This document shows positions 43,691 to 53,070 of a DNA stretch of 64,000 nucleotides, in pieces. The stretch is taken from contig JANNFB010000026.1 in NCBI GenBank assembly GCA_031379365.1, positions 173 to 64,172 on the forward strand, written 5' to 3'. The position numbers and the translations under genes were made by a program. The notes under the pieces are model-generated. The model ran no database searches and was not told the origin of the DNA. It saw nothing but the letters and a program-made list of their open reading frames with translations. Source of the stretch: Burkholderiales bacterium. GTDB lineage: Bacteria > Pseudomonadota > Gammaproteobacteria > Burkholderiales > Burkholderiaceae_C. The number at the start of each line of letters is the position of its first letter. Position 1 is the stretch's first letter.

Positions 43691-45745
43691 ATGAACCTGG
43701 ACTTCCATCTGCTGCGGCCGCACTCGAACGTCGGCCGCGTGATCCTGGCCATAGCCAGCTCGTTGTTCGCGGCGCTGCTGATCGTGGCGTGGTCTCCCGC
43801 GCTGGCAGCCGACAGCGAGGCCACGCCGGCCGAGGGCCCCTACTTCCACATCGCCAGCGACGACCCCGCACTCGATCGCCTGCCCTTGAAGTCCACCCGC
43901 GTCGAGGCCCGCGTGGCCGGCACCGTGGCCGACGTGCGCGTGACGCAGGTCTATCGCAACGAAGGCTCGCGCACCATCGAGGCGCGCTACGTCTTCCCAG
44001 GCTCCACCCAGGCGGCCGTGCACGGCATGACGGTGCGCATCGGCGAGCGCGTTCTGAACGCCAACATCCGCGAGAAACAGCGCGCCCGGGTCGAGTACGA
44101 GGCGGCTAAGAAGGAAGGCCGCACCGCCGCACTGCTCGACCAGCACCGCCCCAACGTGTTCCAGATGAATGTGGCGCACATCCTGCCAGGCGATGAGATC
44201 CAGGTCGAGCTGCGCTACACCGAGTTGCTGCTTCCCACCGAGGGGCGCTACCGTTTCGTGTACCCGACCGTGGTCGGGCCGCGGTACCAAGGCAGCGCCG
44301 GCCGCACGGACGCCGCCAGCACGGCGCTGGCCTTCCCTGCGACGCCGCACCTAGCGGCCGGCCAGCGCTCGGCCACCGCGTTCGACCTGCAACTGCGCTT
44401 TGCTTCGCCGCTGCCGGTGCAGGAGATCACATCCCCCACGCACCGCATCGAAGTCGTGGGCGAAGCGACGGCGCAGGCGGAAGTTGCCCTCGGCAACGAC
44501 GGCGAGTCCGCCAACAACCGCGACTTCATCCTCGAGTACCGCCTGGCCGGCGCCGCCACCGCCGGTGGCATCACGCTGTTCAAGGGCGCCGAGGACGGTG
44601 AGAACTTCTTCCTGGCCCTGGTCGAGCCGCCCAGTGCCATTGCGACGACCCAGATCAACCCGCGCGAATACATCTTCGTCGTCGACATCTCGGGCTCGAT
44701 GCACGGCTTTCCGCTCGACACCGCCAAGGCCCTGCTGCGCGACCTGATTGGCGGCCTGCGCCCAAGCGACCGCTTCAATGTGATGCTGTTCTCGGGCAGC
44801 AACCGTATGCTCAGCGAGAGCCCGGTGGCGGCCACGCGGCAAAACATCGAGCGCGCGATCGCCACCATCGAACAAATGCGCGCCGGCGGCAGCACCGAGA
44901 TCGTGCCGGCCCTCGAACGCATCGCAGCGCTGCCGAAGAACAGCGATGTGTCACGCAGCGTGATCGTCGTCACCGACGGCTACGTCGCGGTGGAAGACCG
45001 CGTCTTCCAGCTGGTGCGCAAGAACCTCGGCCAGGCCAATGTGTTCGCTTTCGGCATCGGCAGCTCGGTCAACCGGCACCTGATCGAAGGCATCGCGCGC
45101 GCCGGTCAAGGCGAACCCTTCATCGTCACCCACCCTGCCTCCGCGCCAGCCCAGGCCGAGCGCCTGCGCAAGATGATCGACTCACCGGTGTTGACGGGCC
45201 TGTCGGCACGCTTCGATGGCCTGGAGGTCTATGACGTCGAGCCGGCGCAGTTGAACGCCTTGCCCGACGTGCTCGGCGGCCGCCCCGTGGCGCTGATCGG
45301 CAAGTGGCGCGGAGAGCCGCGCGGCCAGCTCGTGCTGCGCGGCCAGAGCGCCAACGGCGATTGGCAGCAGGTGTTGCCCGTCCCGGCCCCGGATGCCGAG
45401 GCGCAGGCGTTGCGCCAGCGGTGGGCGCGCCAACGCATCCAGCAGCTCGGTGACGACGAAGCCCTGCACGGCGGCAGCGTGCAGCGCGAGGCCATCACGC
45501 GGCTGGGCCTGCAGTACAGCCTGCTCACGCACTACACCAGCTTCATCGCGGTGGACCAGGTGGTGCGCACGGCAGCCACGGCGTCGACGCCAGTCAACCA
45601 ACCCCTGCCGCTGCCGCAGGGCGTCGGCAACAGCGCGGTCGGCGCGGCCGTGCCCAGCACACCCGAGCCCGCGGCCTGGATCGCGCTGTTGATCGCCCTG
45701 GGGCTGGTGGTGGCTGGCGTGGTGCACCAGCGCCGCCACCACTGA
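43691..45745 (+). CDS. Secreted VIT plus von Willebrand factor A domain protein with a C-terminal PEP-CTERM-like sorting signal
   Basis: N-terminal signal/anchor. VIT region (LKSTRVEARVAGTVADVRVTQVYRNEG...ARYVFP...). vWA region with MIDAS YIFVVDISGSMHG. C-terminus ...AVPSTPEPAAWIALLIALGLVVAGVVHQRRHH (PEP motif, TM helix, basic cluster). AGGAG lies 7 nt upstream of the ATG. Confidence 0.85.
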   Translation: MNLDFHLLRPHSNVGRVILAIASSLFAALLIVAWSPALAADSEATPAEGPYFHIASDDPALDRLPLKSTRVEARVAGTVADVRVTQVYRNEGSRTIEARYVFPGSTQAAVHGMTVRIGERVLNANIREKQRARVEYEAAKKEGRTAALLDQHRPNVFQMNVAHILPGDEIQVELRYTELLLPTEGRYRFVYPTVVGPRYQGSAGRTDAASTALAFPATPHLAAGQRSATAFDLQLRFASPLPVQEITSPTHRIEVVGEATAQAEVALGNDGESANNRDFILEYRLAGAATAGGITLFKGAEDGENFFLALVEPPSAIATTQINPREYIFVVDISGSMHGFPLDTAKALLRDLIGGLRPSDRFNVMLFSGSNRMLSESPVAATRQNIERAIATIEQMRAGGSTEIVPALERIAALPKNSDVSRSVIVVTDGYVAVEDRVFQLVRKNLGQANVFAFGIGSSVNRHLIEGIARAGQGEPFIVTHPASAPAQAERLRKMIDSPVLTGLSARFDGLEVYDVEPAQLNALPDVLGGRPVALIGKWRGEPRGQLVLRGQSANGDWQQVLPVPAPDAEAQALRQRWARQRIQQLGDDEALHGGSVQREAITRLGLQYSLLTHYTSFIAVDQVVRTAATASTPVNQPLPLPQGVGNSAVGAAVPSTPEPAAWIALLIALGLVVAGVVHQRRHH

Positions 45746-45764
45746 GCCGGGGCAGCCAAACGCC

Positions 45765-46589
45765 ATGAGCAACGCCCGCTTGTTGATCTGTCGGCCGGTG
45801 CGGATCGCCCCGTGGGCCTGGCTGGCCCTGCACGCCGCGGCCCTGTGGCCGCACGGGCACTGGGCGCTGCGGCGCCTGCTCGACGGCTCCGACGACCCGC
45901 TGGCAGGAGCCGCAGTGGCCGCGCTGGTGCTGTGGCTGGTGCGCGCCGCGTCGCTGCTGCGGGTGCAGCCTCGGCTGACCTGGCTGGCGCTGGCCGCCGC
46001 CCTGACGGCGGCAGCGACGGCCGCCTGGGGCTGGGCCCCGCCGCTCGTTGCGGCCTTGCTCGCCATGCTGGCGCTGGCGGCGCATCTCGCCGCCTGGTTG
46101 CCCGTGGGGGTGGCGCGGACGCCGCTGCTGGGGCTGGCGGTGCTGGCCCTGCCACTGCTGGCGTCGCTGCAGTTCTACCTCGGCTACCCGTTGCGGGTTT
46201 TCACCGCCGCCTTCAGCGCCTGGCTGTTGCAGGCCGCCGGCCTGGCCGCCGAGCGCAGTGGCGCCGCGATGACCGTCAACGGTCAGCTGGTGATCGTCGA
46301 TGCGCCCTGCTCCGGCATCCAGATGGCCTGGTTGGCCTACTTCGCCGCCTGCACGACCGCCGCTTTCGTTGGCCTGCAGGGCCAGCGCTTTCTGCACCGG
46401 CTGCCGCTGGTCGGCCTGCTGGCGTTAACCGGCAACGTGATTCGCAACAGCCTGCTGGTGGCACTCGAGGCGCAGCCCGCCGGGCTGAGTCGCGCGGGGC
46501 ACGAGGCCATCGGCCTGACCCTGCTGGTGATCGTGGTCGGCCTGACGGTGCGACTGATGAGCCCGCTGTCCCAGGGAGTAAAACCATGA
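45765..46589 (+). CDS. Divergent exosortase-family protein (second exosortase in the window; subfamily not assignable by eye)
   Basis: 274 aa, polytopic. Motifs LVIVDAPCSGIQM (Cys), LALTGNVIRNSLL (Arg) and RAGHEAIGLTLL (His) align with the xrtB motifs at 5879-6769. It starts 19 nt after the VIT-vWA gene. Confidence 0.75.
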   Translation: MSNARLLICRPVRIAPWAWLALHAAALWPHGHWALRRLLDGSDDPLAGAAVAALVLWLVRAASLLRVQPRLTWLALAAALTAAATAAWGWAPPLVAALLAMLALAAHLAAWLPVGVARTPLLGLAVLALPLLASLQFYLGYPLRVFTAAFSAWLLQAAGLAAERSGAAMTVNGQLVIVDAPCSGIQMAWLAYFAACTTAAFVGLQGQRFLHRLPLVGLLALTGNVIRNSLLVALEAQPAGLSRAGHEAIGLTLLVIVVGLTVRLMSPLSQGVKP

Positions 46590-47161
46590 CCACCGTCCTG
46601 GCAACCGGCCTGCGTTGCTGGGCCAGGGCCCATTGGCCGCCCGCCCTGGGCGCGCTGCTGCTGCTGTGCGCGCTGGTGCCGCTGGCCGGTGCTGACACGA
46701 GTACCCCGACCCACGTTGCGTTGCCTCGCGACGCGGCCGAGTGGCCGCGCGAATGGGCGGGCCAGGCGCTGCAACCGCTGTCTCGCTCGGCCGTCGAAGC
46801 CCGCTTTGCGAGCCACTTCCCAGGCCGCATCGCGCGCTTCCGCATGGCAGACAGCGGCGATGAACTGGTCCTGCGCGAGGTGGATCGGCCCACCCGCATG
46901 CTGCACCCGGCTGCTGACTGTTGGCGCGCCATCGGCTGGCAGGTGGATGCCGCGCGCCTGGTGCGCGACGATGCATCATCCGAAGGCCTGCTTTGGCGCT
47001 GCTTCGAAGCCCGCCAGGGTGGACAGCGCGTGCGGGTCTGCGAGCGCATCGTCGATGCCGATGGCCAGGCGTTCACCGACACCTCGGCCTGGTTCTGGGC
47101 CGCGTCGCTGGGTCAGAGCCATGGGCCCTGGCAGGCCGTGACCACGGTTCAGGGGCTCTGA
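46586..47161 (+). CDS. EpsI-like exosortase-associated protein (weak similarity)
   Basis: 191 aa, not in the track as its own ORF (it is the internal ATG of ORF 45812-47161). There is an ATGA overlap with the exosortase stop. N-terminal anchor ...PPALGALLLLCALVPLAG. Motif RMLHPAADCWRAIGWQV resembles HKPEVCYPAQGFTL of the EpsI at 14689-15375. Confidence 0.55.
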   Translation: MTTVLATGLRCWARAHWPPALGALLLLCALVPLAGADTSTPTHVALPRDAAEWPREWAGQALQPLSRSAVEARFASHFPGRIARFRMADSGDELVLREVDRPTRMLHPAADCWRAIGWQVDAARLVRDDASSEGLLWRCFEARQGGQRVRVCERIVDADGQAFTDTSAWFWAASLGQSHGPWQAVTTVQGL

Positions 47162-47166
47162 ACATC

Positions 47167-48513
47167 ATGCGCAAGCTGCCTGGGCTGCGCGGGGGACGGC
47201 TGTGCCTGGCGGCGCTGGTCGGCGCCTTGGTGATGGCCGTGACGGCCGTATTGGCCTTGTTGGCGACCCTGGCGGTCCTCGCGCCAGGCACTGCCGCGTG
47301 GACCGTGCCGCTGAGCTCGAGCGTGCTCGGCCAGCACTGGCAGTACCGCGTCAGCGGGCCTGTGCTGCTGCGCCTGGCCAGTCACCCCCTGGCGGCGCCG
47401 CTGATCGACGGGCGCCGGATCCACACCCCTCACGGCCGCTGGCGCCTGACGGCGCGGCCCGGGGAAGGCTTGAGTGCGACCTGCGCGCCATGCGAGTTCA
47501 GCGTCGCAGCGCTCGGCCCGGCACCTTTGGTCCTGGCACATGTCGAGCTGCGCTTGCACGCCGATGGCGCCGACCACTACAGCGGCAGTGTCCAACTCGG
47601 TTCCGCGCCGCACCGTCTGGTGCTGACCTGGCGCGGCCATGTCGAGCGCAGCGGCAGCCTGCAGCTGGACGCCACCTTGGCGCCCAGCGCAATTCAGGAC
47701 GCCGTCAAGGTCTTCGGCGCCACACTGCCAGAGCGCGACGCGGTGCAGGTCGACGGCACCCTGGCTCTGCGCCTCAGCGCCCGCCTGCCGGGTGGCCCGT
47801 GGCGCGTGCAGCCGCAGCTCGAAGGTTTCACGGTGCGCGGCCTCGGCACCGAACGCCTGCTCGACCTGCGACTGCCGCCGGCTTGCCGCGACGGCCGCCG
47901 GCTCGATGTGCCAACCGCCACGGGTTGGCTGCCACGCGCCGTGATCGCGGCCGAAGACCAGCGCTTCTTCGAGCACCCCGGCTACGACCTCGTCGCGCTC
48001 ACCGACACCCTGCAACACAACCAGCAAGCCGGGGCCGTTCTGGGCGGTGCCAGCACGCTCACGCAGCAACTGGCCAAACGCTTGTTCACCGGTGACGACC
48101 GCAGTGCTGCACGCAAGCTGCGCGAGCTGCTCTATGCCGTGGAAATGGAACGCACTCTGGGCAAGCCACGCATCCTGCAGCTCTACCTCGCCCTGGCGCC
48201 CTGGGGCCAGGGCGTGTGCGGCACCGAGCGCGCCGTGCGTGTCCACCTGGGCTTGCGCGACGCTGCGGCCGTGGGGCCGGTCGGCGCTGCCTGGTTGGCC
48301 AGTCTGCTGCCGCAACCCGACGCCTTGTTGAGTGCGGAACAGCAAAGCGGTCAGGTCGATGCCGAACGGGTCGCACGCGTGCTCCGGGCCATGCGACCGA
48401 TGAGCCCGGAACGGCGCGCGGCCGCCCTGGCCGCCCTGCCCTCGTGGTCGCCCCCCGCGGTCGGGCCACGCGAGCAAGCGGCGCCAACCCAACGGCCAAT
48501 CGCAACCCCATGA
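47167..48513 (+). CDS. Membrane-anchored protein with a C-terminal GT51 (peptidoglycan glycosyltransferase / transglycosylase) domain and an unknown N-terminal domain of about 250 aa
   Basis: N-terminal TM LCLAALVGALVMAVTAVLALLATLAVL. GT51 motifs AVIAAEDQRFFEHPGYD, GGASTLTQQLAKRLF and RKLRELLYAVEMERTLGKPRILQLYL. It starts 5 nt after the previous gene. Confidence 0.75.
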   Translation: MRKLPGLRGGRLCLAALVGALVMAVTAVLALLATLAVLAPGTAAWTVPLSSSVLGQHWQYRVSGPVLLRLASHPLAAPLIDGRRIHTPHGRWRLTARPGEGLSATCAPCEFSVAALGPAPLVLAHVELRLHADGADHYSGSVQLGSAPHRLVLTWRGHVERSGSLQLDATLAPSAIQDAVKVFGATLPERDAVQVDGTLALRLSARLPGGPWRVQPQLEGFTVRGLGTERLLDLRLPPACRDGRRLDVPTATGWLPRAVIAAEDQRFFEHPGYDLVALTDTLQHNQQAGAVLGGASTLTQQLAKRLFTGDDRSAARKLRELLYAVEMERTLGKPRILQLYLALAPWGQGVCGTERAVRVHLGLRDAAAVGPVGAAWLASLLPQPDALLSAEQQSGQVDAERVARVLRAMRPMSPERRAAALAALPSWSPPAVGPREQAAPTQRPIATP

Positions 48514-48547
48514 AACACCGCGATCTGCGGCCCCGGATGCCGCGACA

Positions 48548-49270
48548 ATGGCGCCCCCTGCCGCCGACAACCCATTGCTCGCGCCCGCCACGCCGACACG
48601 CCACCTTGCTGTGACCCCTCGCCCTGTTCGCTTCGCGCCCTGCTGGCGCCCCGTCACCCTCGGTCTTTGCTGGCTGGCCCTGCTGGCCGGCTGCGCGACC
48701 CCCCCTGCGCCCACGCCAACATCCGGCGCGCCCGCGCCAGGCGCTGTCGCGCTGCCGCCCGCAGCGCCGCGCGCCACGCCGCCTGCCGCGGTGATCTCGC
48801 CGCTGGCCAGCGAACAACGCTGGTTCGAGGACTTGTTTCGCGGCACGCCGGTGGTCATCGTGCTGGTTGATGCCAACACGCTGGCGGTGGATGTGCCCCT
48901 GGCCAAATCCTTCGATGCGGGCAAGAGCGCCGTCAAGCCTGCACTGGCCAAGGTGCTCGAGTACGTGGCCACCAGCCTGAGACGCCAGCCGGCGATGCGG
49001 CTGTCGATTGCCGCGCCCGCCGACGCGACAGCAGGCAACGTGGCCCTGGCCGCCGCACGCGCACAGCAGGTGCGCGAGGCTTTGCTGGCACGGGGGGTCG
49101 CGGCCACACGCCTGGCCGGCGTGGGCACGGCCCGCGCCGGCGCGCCAGTTCAGTTGCGCCTGTTGATTGCGCCGCAGGGCATCAGCCGGCTTGACGACGC
49201 GACGCTTCCGCTGCCGGTGCCTGGCAACCGATCGGCGTCGTCCGCTTCTGCGGCGGCAGGAAAACGCTGA
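48548..49270 (+). CDS. Lipoprotein with a degenerate OmpA/MotB-like C-terminal domain
   Basis: Lipobox LALLAGC, a Pro/Ala-rich linker, then ...LAVDVPLAKSFDAGKSAVKPALAKVLEYVATSL...NVALAAARAQQVREALLARGVAATRLAGVG. The start is uncertain; a GTG at 48611 gives a more typical signal peptide. Confidence 0.6.
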   Translation: MAPPAADNPLLAPATPTRHLAVTPRPVRFAPCWRPVTLGLCWLALLAGCATPPAPTPTSGAPAPGAVALPPAAPRATPPAAVISPLASEQRWFEDLFRGTPVVIVLVDANTLAVDVPLAKSFDAGKSAVKPALAKVLEYVATSLRRQPAMRLSIAAPADATAGNVALAAARAQQVREALLARGVAATRLAGVGTARAGAPVQLRLLIAPQGISRLDDATLPLPVPGNRSASSASAAAGKR

Positions 49271-49286
49271 CGCCCGTGAGGGCCGC

Positions 49287-50339
<1,053 letters not shown>

Positions 50340-50357
50340 GCGAACATTGTAGGAACG

Positions 50358-50753
50358 ATGAAACACCTGACTCCCCTGGAGGCCTATGCCTACCTGCAAG
50401 GCCGGCGCGAGACCTTGTTTGTGGACGTGCGCATGGAGATCGAGTATCTCTACGTCGGCCACCCGCCCGGCGTCGTCCATGTGCCCTGGTACGAGTACCC
50501 GGAGATGCACGCCGACCGCGAGCGTTTCGCGGCGAGCGTGCGGCGCGAGGCCGGCGGCAACACCGAGCGCCCGGTGATGTTGATCTGCCGCTCCGGCAAG
50601 CGCACGCTGGAGGCTGGCGAGGCCCTCGAGGCCGCCGGCTTCACCGAGGTCGTCAACGTCCTGCACGGGTTCGAGGGCGAACTCGACGAGCACTTCCAGC
50701 GCGGCCGGCTCAACGGCTGGCGCTTCGACGGACTGCCCTGGGAGCAGCTCTAG
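50358..50753 (+). CDS. Rhodanese-like domain protein
   Basis: 131 aa with active-site loop [11 protein letters not shown] and the C-terminal region ...[12 protein letters not shown]. Confidence 0.8.
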   Translation: MKHLTPLEAYAYLQGRRETLFVDVRMEIEYLYVGHPPGVVHVPWYEYPEMHADRERFAASVRREAGGNTERPVMLICRSGKRTLEAGEALEAAGFTEVVNVLHGFEGELDEHFQRGRLNGWRFDGLPWEQL

Positions 50754-50769
50754 CTAGCGGGCCTGCCCG

Positions 50770-52956
50770 CTACTGCAAGGTCGGCGGCTCACCTGGCAAC
50801 GGCGCAGGCTCGCGCGGCACGGCGCGCTTTTCCACGAACAGGCGGGTGCTCTCTTCGCCAGCCGCCCAAAGCGCCAAGCGATCGGCGTCCATCGGGCGGG
50901 CAAAGAGGTAGCCCTGGAACTCGTCGCAGCCGAGGGTTTGCAGAATATCGCGCTGGCGCTCGGTCTCCACGCCCTCGGCCACCACGCGCAGGCCCAGGGC
51001 GTGGGCCAGGCGGATGACGGCATCGACGACGGCCATGGCATCGCCGCTCACGCCGAGATCGGACACGAAACTGCGGTCGATCTTGAGCTGCCGCGCAGGC
51101 AAGGTGCGCAGGTAGGCCAGGCTGGAGTGGCCGGTACCGAAGTCGTCGATCGCCAGCGACGCACCGGCACGCGCCAATTGCGCGAAGGAGCGCAGGGTGG
51201 CGTTGGTGTCCTCCATCGCCACGCTCTCGGTGATCTCGAAGGTCAGCAAGGCGGCGTCGACACGGTGGCGCGCGAGGGTGTGACGAATGCGCTGCACCAG
51301 GTCGTCCTGGCGCAACTGGTGCGCAGACAGGTTGACGGCAATGCGCATGCGCAGGCCAGCGACCTCCCAGGCGCGGATCTGACGGCAAGTCTCATCCAGC
51401 ACCCACTCCCCGACCGCGCCGATCAGGCCAAAACGCTCTGCCACGGCGATCAGCTCCGTGGCGCCGACGGCGCCCCGGCTGGCATGCTGCCATCGCACCA
51501 GTGCCTCGGCCCCGGTGAATTCGCCCGTGCGCGCGTCGACCTTGGGTTGGTAGTAGAGCGACAACTCGCCCTGCTCGATCGCTTGCCGCAGATCGTTCTG
51601 CAACGCCAACTGATCGGTCACGTCGAGCTCCATGCGGGGCTCGTAGAAGGCATAAGTCGAGCCGCCGGAGCGCTTGACCGCGAACATGGCGGCGTCGGCA
51701 TTGGCGATCAAGCGGTGGGTCGGTCCATGCTCGGGGAACAGGGCGATGCCGATGGAGCAGGACAGACGGGCCTCGCGCCCGCCCGACAGGGCGTAGGGCG
51801 AGATCAAGGCGTGGTGTGCGCTCTGGGCCACTGCCGCCGCGGCCTCATGCGAGCCCGGCGCGGCCACCAACAACACGAACTCGTCGCCCCCGACGCGCGC
51901 TGCGGTGTCCTGCGGTCGCGCCAGTCCCGCCAGACGCCGCCCCACTTCCTGCAGCACCTCATCGCCCGCCCCATGACCGAAGGACTCGTTGACGGCCTTG
52001 AAGCCATCGATGTCGATGAACAGCACGGCCATCGCCGAAGGGCTGCGGCCGACATGCTCCAGCAGCGCCTCCAGCCGCTCCTCGAAGTGACTGCGGTTGG
52101 GCAAGCCGGTCAGGGCGTCCTGGAAGGCCAATTGCCGCAGGCGCTTGTTGGCCGCCTGCAGCGACCCCGACAGGGCCTGCGCGCGGCGGCCGGTGCGTGA
52201 GTCGACCAGCACGCAAACCAGCCCCATCGCGAGGACGAAGGCGCCAAAACTCAGTGCCAGCAGCAGCAGACGCGCGTCGATCGCACCGGCGGGCATGGCG
52301 CCGAGCAAGCCATCGGCGTCGGCAGGTGTCACCAGGCTGAGCTGGGGCGCGGCGGCCAAGCCGAGCAGCTCGGCAATCAACCAGGCCATGGCAAACACAC
52401 CGGCGCCCGCGACCCGTTGCGACAGCGGCCAGCGAAAGCCAGTGCGAATCGGGCCATTCAGCAGTTGTAGTGCCAGCCACAAGCCGAGCGACAGCGCCAC
52501 AAGGGCGCCGAGCGTGGGACCGGCGGCCAGGGCTTGCCAGCTCGGCGGCGCGGACATGGCCGCACCCAGGGCCACGAACACGCACGCCAACAGGGGCACC
52601 AGCAAGAGCACCGCGAGCGAGTTCACGACCCGCGGCGAGGGCAACCAGCGGCTGACGAGCAGGCCGCAGGCGCATGCGCCGACAACAGCGGCCCAGCTCG
52701 TCACCACCAGCGGGCCGTCGAACCAGAGCGCCGTCAGCTCATGGCTCGCCTGCCAGATGCCGAGTTGCAAGGTCACCAAGCCGGTGCCGACGGCAAAGGC
52801 GCCGCCGAAGCCCCAGCCCAGGGCCACCACCCAGTCTTGCGAGCGGGCCTTGCGCAGGGCATGCGCCAGGATCACCGCGATGGCCGCGGCACTGCCAATG
52901 AGGAGCGCCACCGTGGCCAGGCTGATGGGCGGAGAAGGCAGCGGGCTCAAGGCCAT
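50770..52956 (-). CDS. Membrane sensor diguanylate cyclase/phosphodiesterase (GGDEF plus EAL), second copy
   Basis: About 250-aa N-terminal region with 7 hydrophobic segments. GGDEF domain (RVGGDEFVLL). EAL domain (AEALVRWQH, DDFGTGHSSLAYL, EGVE). Confidence 0.85.
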   Translation of the reverse strand: MALSPLPSPPISLATVALLIGSAAAIAVILAHALRKARSQDWVVALGWGFGGAFAVGTGLVTLQLGIWQASHELTALWFDGPLVVTSWAAVVGACACGLLVSRWLPSPRVVNSLAVLLLVPLLACVFVALGAAMSAPPSWQALAAGPTLGALVALSLGLWLALQLLNGPIRTGFRWPLSQRVAGAGVFAMAWLIAELLGLAAAPQLSLVTPADADGLLGAMPAGAIDARLLLLALSFGAFVLAMGLVCVLVDSRTGRRAQALSGSLQAANKRLRQLAFQDALTGLPNRSHFEERLEALLEHVGRSPSAMAVLFIDIDGFKAVNESFGHGAGDEVLQEVGRRLAGLARPQDTAARVGGDEFVLLVAAPGSHEAAAAVAQSAHHALISPYALSGGREARLSCSIGIALFPEHGPTHRLIANADAAMFAVKRSGGSTYAFYEPRMELDVTDQLALQNDLRQAIEQGELSLYYQPKVDARTGEFTGAEALVRWQHASRGAVGATELIAVAERFGLIGAVGEWVLDETCRQIRAWEVAGLRMRIAVNLSAHQLRQDDLVQRIRHTLARHRVDAALLTFEITESVAMEDTNATLRSFAQLARAGASLAIDDFGTGHSSLAYLRTLPARQLKIDRSFVSDLGVSGDAMAVVDAVIRLAHALGLRVVAEGVETERQRDILQTLGCDEFQGYLFARPMDADRLALWAAGEESTRLFVEKRAVPREPAPLPGEPPTLQ

Positions 52957-53070
52957 CAGTGCGGTCGGAGCGCCTTTGCGAGCATCGGCCGATTGTTGCA
53001 GACCGCGCGCCCGGCGCTGCGCGGGTTAGCGCGCAAACGCACACCGATTTCACGGCGACGGTGGCCGTGT

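Noticed and set aside
45812-46585. The upstream 258 codons of track ORF 45812-47161, which overlap the exosortase gene in another frame
   Set aside because: That part is Arg/Ala/Gly-rich low-complexity sequence. Only the portion from the ATG at 46586 looks like a real protein with an anchor and an EpsI-like motif, and it is coupled by ATGA to the exosortase stop.
52200-52956. Possible MHYT sensor domain at the N-terminus of the second GGDEF-EAL protein
   Set aside because: It has seven hydrophobic segments and one GIWQASH stretch, but the repeated M-H-Y-T/GIWSMHF signature is not present. I left the domain unassigned.
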